Positions 30,369 to 41,431 of a DNA stretch of 64,000 nucleotides are shown here, piece by piece; the stretch's first letter is position 1; each line of letters starts with the position of its first letter. Origin of the DNA: Nitrospirota bacterium (GTDB lineage: Bacteria > Nitrospirota > UBA9217); NCBI GenBank assembly GCA_963663225.1, contig OY760142.1, forward strand, positions 3,008,001 to 3,072,000. The letters run 5' to 3'. A program made the translations under genes and the position numbers. Below the pieces are notes generated by a model. The model worked only from the letters and a program-made list of their open reading frames with translations, was not told the origin of the DNA and did no database searches.

Positions 30369-31655
30369 TCATGATTCCCGCCCTGCCGATAGAGTACCGC
30401 CCACAATCGTCTGTACGATTCTGCCCTTGAGTTTCCATCCATGAAAAGGTGAGTTTTTTGCTTTTGATTTGGACTGTGCTATGTCCACGACCCACTCCTC
30501 GCACGGGTCGACAATCGTGATATCAGCGTCAGCGCCGGCCGAAAGGGTCCCCTTGCTGAGTTTCAGCACAGTCGCCGGGTTGCAACTGAGTTTGCGAATC
30601 GCCTCGGACATAGAGAGGACTCCTTCGTCCACCAGTTTATACGTAAGCCCAAACGCCGTTTCCAGTCCGATTATTCCGAAGGGGGCGGCATCAAGCGGTT
30701 TTTGCTTTTCCTCATCGCTATGCGGTGCGTGGTCTGTGGCGATCACGTCTATCGTGCCGTCCCGCAGGCCTTGTTTAACCGCCGTAACGTCGCGTGCCGT
30801 GCGGAGCGGAGGGTTCATTTTTGCGAGCGTGCCGTAGTCCCTCACCGCTTCATCGGTCAGGGTGAAATAGTGGGGGCCGGTCTCGGCAGTAACGTTCACG
30901 CCGCGAGCTTTCGCATCACGAACAAGTCGGATGGAACCGGCCGTGCTGACATGCGCGATATGCAGACGACAACCCGTCAATTCCGCCAGTGCAATGTCCC
31001 TCGCTACCATGATATCTTCTGCTACGTCGGGAATACCCCGCAGACCGAGCGCTGTGGAAACGGTGCCTTCGTTCAGGACGCCACGATCTGCAAGACTGCT
31101 GTCTTCACAGTGTGAGATGACAAGAAGATCCAGACCGGCCGCGAGGTCCATGGCGCGGCGCATGACAGCCGAATTCATGACCGGCCTGCCGTCATCGGAC
31201 ACGGCAACGCAACCTGCCGCCTGAAGCCCGGCCAGATCAGCGAGTTCTTCGCCTTTTGAATTTCTGGTGATCGCGCCGATGGGGAAAACTCTCGTGGAGG
31301 CACGCCTAGCCTGGGTCAGGATGAATTTCGTGACTGACGGATCATCATTCACCGGGTTCGTGTTCGGCATGCAGCAGACCGAAGTAAAGCCTCCGGCCTT
31401 TGCCGCGGCTGTGCCGGTCTCGATTGTTTCCTTGTATTCGAATCCGGGTTCGCGGAGATGCACATGCATGTCTATAAGGCCCGGCACAATGATCTTATTC
31501 TGGGCATCAATGACCTGCGCTCTTTCCACCGGAAAAGAGCCTGGTTTCTTGATCCCGGCAATCCGGCAGTCGGATATTAAAAGGTCAAGTCTTGCTTCAA
31601 TATTATTCGCTGGATCGATTATCAGTCCGTTTTTAACAAGAATATTCATGGACAA
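30369..31655 (-). CDS. pyrC: Dihydroorotase (type I, metal ligands intact)
   Basis: DMHVHLREPG, MPNT, SHCED, HIAHVS, KMNPPLR, ATDHAPH. Confidence 0.95.
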   Translation of the reverse strand: MSMNILVKNGLIIDPANNIEARLDLLISDCRIAGIKKPGSFPVERAQVIDAQNKIIVPGLIDMHVHLREPGFEYKETIETGTAAAKAGGFTSVCCMPNTNPVNDDPSVTKFILTQARRASTRVFPIGAITRNSKGEELADLAGLQAAGCVAVSDDGRPVMNSAVMRRAMDLAAGLDLLVISHCEDSSLADRGVLNEGTVSTALGLRGIPDVAEDIMVARDIALAELTGCRLHIAHVSTAGSIRLVRDAKARGVNVTAETGPHYFTLTDEAVRDYGTLAKMNPPLRTARDVTAVKQGLRDGTIDVIATDHAPHSDEEKQKPLDAAPFGIIGLETAFGLTYKLVDEGVLSMSEAIRKLSCNPATVLKLSKGTLSAGADADITIVDPCEEWVVDIAQSKSKAKNSPFHGWKLKGRIVQTIVGGTLSAGRES

Positions 31656-31658
31656 TCG

Positions 31659-32309
<651 letters not shown>

Positions 32310-32318
32310 TCATTATGG

Positions 32319-32354
32319 TCCCTTTCTGGTCTCACAGGACCAGACTTAAAGAGG
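32319..32354 (-). ncRNA. PyrR-binding RNA element
   Basis: CUCUUUAAGUCUGGUCCUGUGAGACCAGAAAGGGA fits the CUUUAA...RUCCNGNGAG...AAGG PyrR binding loop; lies 5' of a terminator in the pyrR leader. Confidence 0.85.
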
Positions 32355-32373
32355 AGTGCTTTATGTGGTAAGC

Positions 32374-32403
32374 ACGATACTCCAAACAATGACTTTCTGT
32401 CAA
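32374..32403 (-). promoter_or_regulatory. sigma70-like promoter of the pyr operon
   Basis: TTGACA-N18-TATCGT, about 20 nt upstream of the PyrR element. Confidence 0.6.
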
Positions 32404-32484
32404 GAACTTTTTTACGATTTACTTGAAACGACCGGAGAAATCTGCTAGAGTCATGCCCACCAAAAGAATAGAGGAGAAATAGTC

Positions 32485-33243
32485 ATGGGAGAGTTGAGAA
32501 AAACAGCGATCGTTACGGGAGCGGGAACAGGCATCGGCAAAGGCATTGCGCTCGCTTTTTTGCGGGAAAACTACTTCGTTGCTCTTGCCGGACGGCGTTC
32601 GGAACTGTTGACCAAAACAGCCGAGGAAGCGGGTCAATTCGGCAAACATGCCCTGGTGGTGCCCACAGACGTAAGCGACCCCGCCTCTGTTCGCTCTCTC
32701 TTTGCCAAAGTAAAGGAATCCTTCGGGCGGCTTGATGTTCTGTTTAACAACGCAGGGGCCGGAGCACCGGCAATCCCGCTGGAAGACCTTACCTACGAAC
32801 AATGGAAAGCGGTCGTGGATGTGAATCTGACCGGCGCCTTCCTCTGCACCCAGGAAGCGTTCAGACTTATGAAAAACCAGACCCCGCGCGGGGGGCGCAT
32901 CATCAACAACGGCTCCGTCTCGACCCATGCACCGCGGCCCAACACTGCTCCGTATACGGCCACGAAACACGCGATAACGGGCCTGACCAAATCAACGTCG
33001 CTTGACGGACGCGCATACGATATTGCGTGCGGACAGATTGACATCGGCAATGCGGCAACCGACATGACAAAACCGATGCGAAACGGCATTCTGCAAGCCC
33101 ACGGCGGCATCGCTGTCGAGCCGACAATCGACGTCGAGCACGTGGCACGAGCCGTGGTTTACATGGCAAGCCTTCCCCTGGAAGCAAATGTGCAATTCAT
33201 GACCGTCATGGCGACCAAAATGCCGCTCATCGGCCGCGGATAA
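32485..33243 (+). CDS. Short-chain dehydrogenase/reductase
   Basis: [20 protein letters not shown]; GAGGAG SD. Confidence 0.93.
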   Translation: MGELRKTAIVTGAGTGIGKGIALAFLRENYFVALAGRRSELLTKTAEEAGQFGKHALVVPTDVSDPASVRSLFAKVKESFGRLDVLFNNAGAGAPAIPLEDLTYEQWKAVVDVNLTGAFLCTQEAFRLMKNQTPRGGRIINNGSVSTHAPRPNTAPYTATKHAITGLTKSTSLDGRAYDIACGQIDIGNAATDMTKPMRNGILQAHGGIAVEPTIDVEHVARAVVYMASLPLEANVQFMTVMATKMPLIGRG

Positions 33244-33272
33244 AACGGACGTCCCCGCTTCCTGCGGAAACG

Positions 33273-34310
33273 TTATTTTGTTGTGAACAGGAACTCCGCC
33301 ACGTAGAGAAGCAGCAAAACGAACCACCCTCCGAGGATGATGAATTCAAGCGTTGCCCGGTACGACACGCTGAAATTCTCCGTCGCCATGGTATACACGT
33401 CTTCCAGCGTGTCAAGCTTCTCCTTGATCGACGCTTTCCAGCTGTCGAGATGAAACTTCTTCGAAATCAGCGAATACAACTTCGCGGAGTACCAGTCCCC
33501 GATCAGCTTGATGTTGCGTTCCACGGATTCCGACTCAAGAATAGACTCGGTTCTGATCTCGATAATTTCCTTCACAACCCGTCTGATTTCCACTGACCGA
33601 ATGATCGGAAGCCGTTCTGAAACCCCCATGAGGCGCAGGGTTTTTTCCAGCCGCAAATCCAGATCATTATCGAGGATCCTCGATTTCAGCAGCTGCAGGT
33701 TGGCGATTTCGAACAATTCTATATTGCTTGCAAAATCACCCGCGGCATCAAAAATAAACGCACCGTCCCAATCCACAATCGTGACGTCGTCCTTTCCATA
33801 CTTCAAGTACGATGAAAGCGTGGCGTGGACCTCTTCTTCATCAAGCAGGATTTTCTCATTCTTCAAAAAAGCTGCGATTTTCTCACCATACTGGGACAGA
33901 TACACTTCGGGATCGCCGCTGTAACCCGATATACAGTACACACTGTATTCTTCATCAAACTGCGGATTGCAGCAAAACGTTCTCAGAACGTTTCTGCATT
34001 CTGCGAGGAGCGACCGCTTCAATTCCAGTGTTGCGTCAGATAAAATATTTTTCAAGTCCAGCGACGCCTCGACCACAACGGCATCAGGCAGATATGCTTT
34101 TGCGAGAAAATCAACTTCGATGCCGTCGATCGGGCGCTTTTCGATCTTAATGATTTTCTGTTTCGGGATGACGTCCGGATAACTCGGAGCGCTCTTCATG
34201 GTTTTGATTTCGACAACGTCGGATGTTTCCAGGTTTATGGTGGTCTCTGCTACAAGAAAGACAACCAGTCTCCCCGAAAGTTTTTTCATACTGGATTTCA
34301 TATCAGCCAC
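33273..34310 (-). CDS. RMD1/DUF155-like protein with C-terminal TM helix
   Basis: Y..DD..IVDW.GAF, E.ANLQLL..R..D, IGDWY.A.LY, single TM at the end. Confidence 0.65.
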   Translation of the reverse strand: MADMKSSMKKLSGRLVVFLVAETTINLETSDVVEIKTMKSAPSYPDVIPKQKIIKIEKRPIDGIEVDFLAKAYLPDAVVVEASLDLKNILSDATLELKRSLLAECRNVLRTFCCNPQFDEEYSVYCISGYSGDPEVYLSQYGEKIAAFLKNEKILLDEEEVHATLSSYLKYGKDDVTIVDWDGAFIFDAAGDFASNIELFEIANLQLLKSRILDNDLDLRLEKTLRLMGVSERLPIIRSVEIRRVVKEIIEIRTESILESESVERNIKLIGDWYSAKLYSLISKKFHLDSWKASIKEKLDTLEDVYTMATENFSVSYRATLEFIILGGWFVLLLLYVAEFLFTTK

Positions 34311-34369
34311 CCTTACCAGGAGCAGAATTGGTGCCGCCGTGGGTGTTGTTTACACCGGTTTTCAATAGA

Positions 34370-35125
34370 TTATTGAAAAACGCTTTTCAGCAGCTTGGTG
34401 ACACGCGCGGCAGGGTCTTTCCGTATTTTTTTCTCTTCTTCGCCCACCATGAAAAAGAGACCGTCCAAAGCTTTCTCAGTTACATAGCGGTCAAGATCAA
34501 CTGCCTGCTCTTTTAAAAAAGGCAGCGTTTCAGCAATATCCATAAGGTCCTGAAAAGAGCGGGTCGCGCCCGTACTGTTCACGGTTTTTGCAATTATTGG
34601 TTTAAATGCCGCATAGAGATGGTCATACGTTTTAGACTTCAGATAGTCGGTAGCGGCCGTTTCCCCGCCCCGAAGAATTGTTTCGGCATCATGCATGGTC
34701 ATGTTCTTTACCGCCTCGATGAAAAAAGCGCGCGCTTTGGGAGCGGCTTCCTCCGCGGCCCGGTTCATGCTGAGTTCGAACCGGTCCACTTCTTTCCGGA
34801 AACCGGTTTCCCGCAGCACTTCCGCAATCCGATGCATTTTTTCCGGCACTACGATTTTGATGAGCTGATTGCGGAAGTACCCGTCCTGCCGGGACACACT
34901 GGTGACGCTATTCTTTATACCGACCGATAAGGCTTCCTTCAAACCGGCGACTATGGTTTTTGAATCAAGAGTGCCCTGTGAATCATGTTTTTTGTCATTC
35001 GCATGCAGGACCCCTTCTGTGAGCTCTTCGAGCAGGCCTGCGGAAGCAGTGGACGGATGGAATAATGTTATTCCCAACACGAGAATGATGATACGCATGA
35101 GAACCTCTTTGCCATAAGACTGCAT
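34370..35125 (-). CDS. DUF4197 family exported protein
   Basis: GLKEAL..G, SMNRAAE.A, IL.GG.TAAT.YL, LDGLF....EEEKKIR.DPAAR. Start may be ATG 35098. Confidence 0.88.
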   Translation of the reverse strand: MQSYGKEVLMRIIILVLGITLFHPSTASAGLLEELTEGVLHANDKKHDSQGTLDSKTIVAGLKEALSVGIKNSVTSVSRQDGYFRNQLIKIVVPEKMHRIAEVLRETGFRKEVDRFELSMNRAAEEAAPKARAFFIEAVKNMTMHDAETILRGGETAATDYLKSKTYDHLYAAFKPIIAKTVNSTGATRSFQDLMDIAETLPFLKEQAVDLDRYVTEKALDGLFFMVGEEEKKIRKDPAARVTKLLKSVFQ

Positions 35126-36132
35126 CAGCCCCTCCGCAATATCTCAGTCAACTTTGCGGCATATTCACTGCCCGCAGAATCATCAGTTACAAGTTCAATG
35201 TCTTCAGAACGGGTTATCCCCAGCCCCAGTTCAACCGCACGTGCTATCTGGTCCTGTTCGAATATCTTCTTGTTCATGACGGCCTTGTTGCTGCCCAATT
35301 CCTTCAGGATCGAGAGACCGACCGCATCAATGGCAATCCGGTCCGTGCCGGCAAGAATAACATCAGGACGCTTTACAGGGCCGTGCGACGGGCCTTTGTC
35401 CACGAACGCATCAAGAGCGTCAAGGACAATCAGGGACGGTTGATACGCCTGGTTGATTTCGGCGATCATTTTCTGGATGCTGATCAATGAGGTATGAAGT
35501 TCGATCATATTTGCATCTCTCAGACACCCCACCGAAAGTTTGAGCGACATGGAAAAAACCCCTCCGCTGCCGTGGGTTTTAAGACAACAGGTGGTCACCA
35601 CACAGGGAGACTCTAAAACAGGCCGGGCCATGTCAAAGCCGTTCACCCAATGGCTTTTCTCCGGCTGTATGCTCACCCAATCCGATTCGGGGAGGTCTTC
35701 AAACCTGACAACTCCAACCCCGCGCTGTGTGCATAGTTCATAGATCTCTTTTTGTTTCAAAACATCGCCGATTCTCGGCATGCCGCTCCGGTCCCCGATA
35801 GTGATGCTCCTGGAGCCCATGTTTTTGAGCTGGTTAATTAACTGAATGAGTGTGTCGTTGTGGGTTGATGCGGGAAACGGATCCGCGGAATTGAAATTCG
35901 GCTTGAGCAGTACGTCTTTTCCCTGGACCGGATTTATACCAAGGAGATCAACGGCCCTTCTGATCCCGGCTGCTCTGTCGCGGGTTTTGATCAGCGACAA
36001 TCTGGTTTTGCCGATTTTTTTTGCGGATTCTGTAGGTGCCGGCATGACCGCGGCCCTGGCATGCTCCATGCGTCCTTGAAATACCAGCACAGTCCCTGTC
36101 GCCAGTTTTGTCAAAAACTCACGCCTGTTCAT
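35125..36132 (-). CDS. DUF362 family protein with Tat signal
   Basis: MNRREFL twin-arginine motif, VLLKPNFN, CLKTH, D..AIDAV. Confidence 0.85.
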   Translation of the reverse strand: MNRREFLTKLATGTVLVFQGRMEHARAAVMPAPTESAKKIGKTRLSLIKTRDRAAGIRRAVDLLGINPVQGKDVLLKPNFNSADPFPASTHNDTLIQLINQLKNMGSRSITIGDRSGMPRIGDVLKQKEIYELCTQRGVGVVRFEDLPESDWVSIQPEKSHWVNGFDMARPVLESPCVVTTCCLKTHGSGGVFSMSLKLSVGCLRDANMIELHTSLISIQKMIAEINQAYQPSLIVLDALDAFVDKGPSHGPVKRPDVILAGTDRIAIDAVGLSILKELGSNKAVMNKKIFEQDQIARAVELGLGITRSEDIELVTDDSAGSEYAAKLTEILRRG

Positions 36133-36277
36133 AACTAGTCTCTTGTCCGGTCATCGTGTTTACGGTTTATGGCTGTTGACAAAATTATAGCAAAAAGCCC
36201 GCGAGTTTAATTCTCCGGCATGGAGGCGCTGCCATGGCTTGTCTGTCGATGTGCACTAAAAAAATTCATGTCCAGTC

Positions 36278-36868
36278 TTATGGCGTCGAGGAGTATTTTT
36301 TGAAAGTAATGGGAGGAATGTCCTGTCGCTTGTTATTGACCGTCAGTGCGTTGTCCAGATGCAAAACAGCATCGTTCCCGGCTGACAGGGCAGGATGATC
36401 GAAGAAAAGCAGATAACAGTCAAGCTTGTTGACAGGAAAAGAACCTTCCAAGGATGGCCGCTCCCTCAGATAGTTCAAATCAGCAATGGTGTAATAGCAG
36501 GAAAACACCTTAGGTTTTAAGGTTTCTTTATCGTCAAGCCGGAGCGTAATGGCTGAAGGCTTATAAATGCCCTGGTTTCTGACACCAGTGAATTCCATGC
36601 GGATAATAAAAAAATTTTTTGTCTGTGCGTCATTATCGAGTTCAACGCGCACGGTCATGGACTTGCCGGTCAGAAAATCGACGTTCACCGTACAATCTTC
36701 ATCAGCGCATTTCTCCGTCATCTTCCATGTCTGATTTTCCTCGATGGACGCCTTAAACTCTTTATGATTCACCGTTTTGGAGGCGCAGCCGCCAATCAGG
36801 AAAACAGTCATACAAAGCAGGACAAAAATCTGCGATCGAAAGAATACGATTCTGTTCAACATGGTCAT
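36278..36868 (-). CDS. Hypothetical lipoprotein
   Basis: Signal peptide ending LIGGC. Confidence 0.7.
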   Translation of the reverse strand: MTMLNRIVFFRSQIFVLLCMTVFLIGGCASKTVNHKEFKASIEENQTWKMTEKCADEDCTVNVDFLTGKSMTVRVELDNDAQTKNFFIIRMEFTGVRNQGIYKPSAITLRLDDKETLKPKVFSCYYTIADLNYLRERPSLEGSFPVNKLDCYLLFFDHPALSAGNDAVLHLDNALTVNNKRQDIPPITFKKYSSTP

Positions 36869-37065
36869 CGTCCTATCAGTACGGTCCCGGTGATTTAAAC
36901 CGAAGTCATTTTAGTGCCCGGCAGCGTCAATTTCCGCAGCGGTTTTCACAAGGGAACTATATCATAAAAAGAATTGATACAGCAAGTATTTAAACAGAAG
37001 GAGGAATCTTATGGCTTCGAGTTTCGGACGGGTAAATATCAGAACCTGTAAGGAACAATCAGCGC

Positions 37066-37575
37066 TTACCCACTGACTGCCTTCAGAATGCCTTGAAGCA
37101 GCGCAATAGGTGTAGGAGGGCATCCGGGAATGTAGGCATCCACAGGAATGACCTTGCTGATACTCCCCAGAGAAGCATAGCTTTCACCAAAGATTCCGCC
37201 GGTGCAGCCGCAGTCTCCCACGGCAACGACCAGTTTTGGCCGGGGTGTGGCATCATAGGTTCTTTTCAGGGCAATCGCCATATTATGAGAAACCGGCCCT
37301 GTGACCAGCAACATGTCCGCAAAACGGGGTGAGGCGGTAAAGTGGATGCCGAACCGCTCGCAGTTATAGATGGGATTGTTGATCGCATGGATCTCAAGTT
37401 CGCAGCCATTGCATGAGCCCGCGTCCACCTGGCGTATCGTGAGGCTTTTCCTGAATCGTCGTCTGATTACTTCTTCCAATTGAGACCCGATCTTTTCAAT
37501 CTCCGGATCGGTGATGGGAGGAAGCGGCTCGGTTACGATACCCGTATGAAATATCTGTTTCAGAATGCGAATCAT
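37066..37575 (-). CDS. Ehr/Hyf-like complex small Fe-S subunit (HyfI/NuoB-like)
   Basis: DAGSCNGCELE, AVGDCG, IPGCPP. Confidence 0.9.
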   Translation of the reverse strand: MIRILKQIFHTGIVTEPLPPITDPEIEKIGSQLEEVIRRRFRKSLTIRQVDAGSCNGCELEIHAINNPIYNCERFGIHFTASPRFADMLLVTGPVSHNMAIALKRTYDATPRPKLVVAVGDCGCTGGIFGESYASLGSISKVIPVDAYIPGCPPTPIALLQGILKAVSG

Positions 37576-37627
37576 AATTCTCCGAAATGCCTGTCAATTC
37601 CCGGCTGCCGAGAAAAACAGGGTTATA

Positions 37628-39199
37628 TTATAAATCATGTCCTGAATAGGATTGGTTGAAACTTTTATTGCACAACGGAAAATCCGGCACGATGTTTCCA
37701 TGGATGCACTGTTCGAGCCCCAGCCAGTTCACGCTCGACGGGTCTCTGACCATGCAACGGTTTATTGTCCCCTGCGGCCCTGACTGCACCCAATAGATAA
37801 TCTCGCCCCGCCATCCTTCCACGGCTGCGAAACCTGACTGGTCGGGAGCCGGAACGGGCAAAGGAACCGCGGTGCTGCCGCGCGGCATGGTCATGAGAAT
37901 CTCCCGAAGGATCCGGATTGATTCCCTGACTTCTTCAACTCTCACCCATCCTCGTGCGTGAGCATCACCCGATGTCAGGACCGGGACATTGACTTTTATA
38001 CGATCGTACGGTGGAAACGGATTCTGCGCACGGCAGTCGAGATTGAGACCGCTTGACCGTGCAACCAGACCCACCACACACAGATCGCGGGCTTTTTCAG
38101 GCGTCAGGATGCCGGTATCCCTTAGCCGGTCTTCAAGGGACGCATTTTCATCATAAATGACAACCAGGCGCTCGAACTCGACGGCCAGCCAATCCATTTC
38201 CGCGAGCATGGTTTGTATGCCTTCATCATTAACATCGACCGTTGTTCCGCCCGGAATGATACTGTCCATGAGAAAGCGGTGGCCAAAGAGTCTGAAATTT
38301 GTCCGCAGTAGTGCTTCTTTGAGGCGGGCGAACTGATACAGCAGAAAAGCAAAAGCCACATCATTGCAGATTGCCCCCAGATCACCCAGATGGTTCGCGA
38401 TCCGCTCCCGCTCGAGAAACAGCGCACGCAGCCATAATGCACGCTCCGGCAGGTCGCATTGGTTCAACGCTTCCGCAGCCCTTGCATACGCCAGGGCATG
38501 CGCGACCGTGGTGTCTCCGGACACCCTGCCTGCCAACCGAGAAGCGTCGTGCCAGGAAAGCGACTCAAAACGCTTCTCGATGCCTTTATGCACGTAACCC
38601 AACTTTTCTTCCAGATTCAGAATGTCCTCTCCCAGAGCCTGGAAACGAAAATGCCCGGGTTCGATAATGCCCGCATGCACCGGTCCTACCGGAATTTCAT
38701 ACACACCCTCGCCGTTCACCTGGATCCACCGGTACTCACCGGGAACTCTCGGCAACTGCTGTGACAGGGGAAATGTTTTTCTGAGCGGCCAGGCGTCCTG
38801 GGGCCAATCCTCATGTTTTATCCAAGGACGCGCGTCCGGATTGCCTGTGGCAGTCACGCCCATAAGACTTTTTATCTGTCGTTCAAACCGGTAAGCCGCA
38901 GCAAATTTTTTGGTAAGACTGGGGAATGTGGGGTCTTCGAGCGGCGCGACGGTTTTTACCAGAAGATACTCCCCTTCTCTGCGATAGCAGGCATAGATGC
39001 CGAAGCCTCTGTTGAAAGGCGTTTCGTCTGCCGCCCACTCGCCGGCGAGAAAAGCACCGGCTTTTTTCAGCTCTCTGGCTGCTTCATTGAACCGTGTCCT
39101 CGGCACCACGTGCGACGGCACGGTAGAAGGAAACTGGGAAATATCCCGATGCGCGTCGGGACCGAATGTTGATTGTATAACGGCGTTCAGTGTGTTCAT
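37628..39199 (-). CDS. Ehr/Hyf-like large subunit (HyfG/HycE-like NuoC-D fusion) lacking the [NiFe] cysteine motifs
   Basis: PVGPVHAGIIEPGHFRF, GYVHKGIEK; RVSGD replaces RxCxxC; ends DFPLCNKSFNQSYSGHDL instead of DPCxxC. Confidence 0.9.
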   Translation of the reverse strand: MNTLNAVIQSTFGPDAHRDISQFPSTVPSHVVPRTRFNEAARELKKAGAFLAGEWAADETPFNRGFGIYACYRREGEYLLVKTVAPLEDPTFPSLTKKFAAAYRFERQIKSLMGVTATGNPDARPWIKHEDWPQDAWPLRKTFPLSQQLPRVPGEYRWIQVNGEGVYEIPVGPVHAGIIEPGHFRFQALGEDILNLEEKLGYVHKGIEKRFESLSWHDASRLAGRVSGDTTVAHALAYARAAEALNQCDLPERALWLRALFLERERIANHLGDLGAICNDVAFAFLLYQFARLKEALLRTNFRLFGHRFLMDSIIPGGTTVDVNDEGIQTMLAEMDWLAVEFERLVVIYDENASLEDRLRDTGILTPEKARDLCVVGLVARSSGLNLDCRAQNPFPPYDRIKVNVPVLTSGDAHARGWVRVEEVRESIRILREILMTMPRGSTAVPLPVPAPDQSGFAAVEGWRGEIIYWVQSGPQGTINRCMVRDPSSVNWLGLEQCIHGNIVPDFPLCNKSFNQSYSGHDL

Positions 39200-40644
39200 T
39201 TCAACAGCTCCACGGTGGTCTGGAACCAGTCAGCCAGAAATTTGGGCATGTACAGTCCGAGCAAAAGAACCAAAGCCAGGTGCAGCAGCACCGGCAGGTG
39301 CGCCACTTTTATGCAGATTTGATGCCCGGGCATGTCTCCCGTGACCATCGGCTGAACACGCCTGAAAATGGCGGCGAAGGATATTCCGAGTCCCAGGAGA
39401 AGAAACAATGCCATAAATGGAGCATCCTTGATCGTAGCCGTGAGTATCAGAAATTCGCTGGCAAATACTCCAAAAGGAGGCATACCCACAATCGCCATCG
39501 TTCCGAAGATCATGCCCCAGCCGACAAGCGGATTGCCTTTGATAAGCCCCTTGATATTCTCCATTTCCTGGGTCCGGTGCATTTGTGAGGCGTGGCCGGC
39601 CGTGAAAAAAAGCGCGGACTTCGTCAGACTGTGGACCAGCATGTGCAGGAGCGCTCCAAAGGTCGCAAGCGGGCCTCCCAGTCCGAATGCGAACGTGGCC
39701 ATCCCCATATGTTCAATCGAGGAATATGCGAACATCCGCTTGATATCCTTTTGCCGAAGAAGAGAAAAAGCGGCGACAATAATCGTAATAACGCCGAACC
39801 CCATCATGATGTCGCCGGAGTGGTGCGTTCCCGTGGAGCCGTCAACAAGAACTTTGCAGCGCACAAGCGCGTACAAGGCAATATTCAGCAGAAGGCCCGA
39901 AAGAACCGCGGAGATGGGCGTGGGGCCTTCACTGTGGGCGTCAGGGAGCCAGTTGTGGACCGGCACCAGTCCGACCTTAGTGCCGTATCCAACCATCAGG
40001 AACACAAACGCGAGAGACAGGATGGTCGGTTCCAACTGACCGCTTACCTGCTTCAAATTCGTCCAGTGGAGCGCGGCGCCGCCTTCGCCCAGCACTTTTT
40101 CAGCCGCGAAGTAAAGCAGCACGGTTCCGAACAAAGCAAGCGCAATGCCGACACCGCACAGGATGAAGTATTTCCAGGCCGCTTCAATAGCGGACGGGGT
40201 GCGATAGAGCGAAACAAGAAGAACGGTGGAAAGCGTTGCCAGCTCCATGGCTATCCAGAGAATGCCCACATTGTTCGTAAGAAGGCAGAGCAGCATGGCA
40301 AAGATGAACAGCTGGAACATGGCGTGGTAGAAGCGGATCCGCCGGGTGCCTATCGTGCCGTGCTCCCGTTCACGCCGCATGTAGCGCCTGCTGAAAATGG
40401 CAGTTGTTGTCGAGACAAAGGCGGTCAGGACGGTCAGATAGACACTGAAAGCGTCAATGAAGAAAAAATTATTCCAGGCGAGTATCGAACCATACAGATA
40501 CACCTGCACTGCCAGAACAATACTCGCGACAAAGGTGCACACCGAACCGGCAATATTTACTTCGGGCGCAAGTTTGCGGTCGCCGATAAAGGCCAGTGCC
40601 AGCGAGGCCACCAGGGGAATGCTCAATAAAATAAGAAGAATCAT
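39196..40644 (-). CDS. HyfF-like antiporter subunit
   Basis: EAAWKYFILC, GYGTKVGL.P.H.WLPDAHSEGP, AYSSIEHMG. Confidence 0.9.
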   Translation of the reverse strand: MILLILLSIPLVASLALAFIGDRKLAPEVNIAGSVCTFVASIVLAVQVYLYGSILAWNNFFFIDAFSVYLTVLTAFVSTTTAIFSRRYMRREREHGTIGTRRIRFYHAMFQLFIFAMLLCLLTNNVGILWIAMELATLSTVLLVSLYRTPSAIEAAWKYFILCGVGIALALFGTVLLYFAAEKVLGEGGAALHWTNLKQVSGQLEPTILSLAFVFLMVGYGTKVGLVPVHNWLPDAHSEGPTPISAVLSGLLLNIALYALVRCKVLVDGSTGTHHSGDIMMGFGVITIIVAAFSLLRQKDIKRMFAYSSIEHMGMATFAFGLGGPLATFGALLHMLVHSLTKSALFFTAGHASQMHRTQEMENIKGLIKGNPLVGWGMIFGTMAIVGMPPFGVFASEFLILTATIKDAPFMALFLLLGLGISFAAIFRRVQPMVTGDMPGHQICIKVAHLPVLLHLALVLLLGLYMPKFLADWFQTTVELLK

Positions 40645-40702
40645 GCAAACCTCAGGAGTTAATACTTAAAAAAAACGGCGTAAAACTGACTCTGGTTCCG
40701 GG

Positions 40703-41368
40703 TTAATCTTCTTCCTTTAATCGCGCCATCTGGTCCACATCAAGGCTGTCAAACGTCGTGTTGATATGAAAGAAGAAAATTCCGAATATAAAGGCTGCTA
40801 TCAGCAAATCCAGCGCAACTCCCAGTTCAACAACCAGGGGCATGCCATACGTTGCGCTGGTGGCGGCAAACAGCAGACCGTTTTCCATGGCAAGAAATCC
40901 TATAATCTGCGTTACCGCGTGTTTGCGGATAATCATCATCAGAAATCCGAGAAGGACCGTAGCAAGCGCGACGGCAAGAGTCGACTTGGTCACCAGCGTC
41001 GACAGCTCTCTGATCGGCCCTGTAAGATGATAGGAAAAGATGACAAGTGCAATTCCCATCAGCATGATCGTCGGAATTTTCACAACTGATTCCACTTCTC
41101 GATGGATCTTCAATTTTCGGATAAGCACCAGAAGTATATACGGCAGCAGAACTACTTTCACCGAAAGCGTCAGAATGGATGAAATATAGAGATGGTGGGC
41201 CCCGCTCACAAAACCCACAATTCCCGTGCTGAGGGCAAGAAGAAATCCCTGCAGAGCGAACAGATGCAGGAGTGCGTTCATTCTCCGTTGCACAAGGAGC
41301 GCAAACGCCGAGAGCAGAATCAATGCGGCCAGCAAACTGTTTATCTGTGCAGCAAGGGCGGTATCCAT
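40703..41368 (-). CDS. HyfE-like membrane subunit
   Basis: QG..L, K....P..L, QIIGFLAMENG, ELG...D. Confidence 0.88.
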   Translation of the reverse strand: MDTALAAQINSLLAALILLSAFALLVQRRMNALLHLFALQGFLLALSTGIVGFVSGAHHLYISSILTLSVKVVLLPYILLVLIRKLKIHREVESVVKIPTIMLMGIALVIFSYHLTGPIRELSTLVTKSTLAVALATVLLGFLMMIIRKHAVTQIIGFLAMENGLLFAATSATYGMPLVVELGVALDLLIAAFIFGIFFFHINTTFDSLDVDQMARLKEED

Positions 41369-41431
41369 GTCAAACCAACAGTCCTTTCGTTTAAATCCGT
41401 CACGGCATCTTCTTATTGCATCAACGGCCGT

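Noticed and set aside
32419-32970. 183-aa minus-strand ORF
   Set aside because: Typical antisense frame of an SDR gene.
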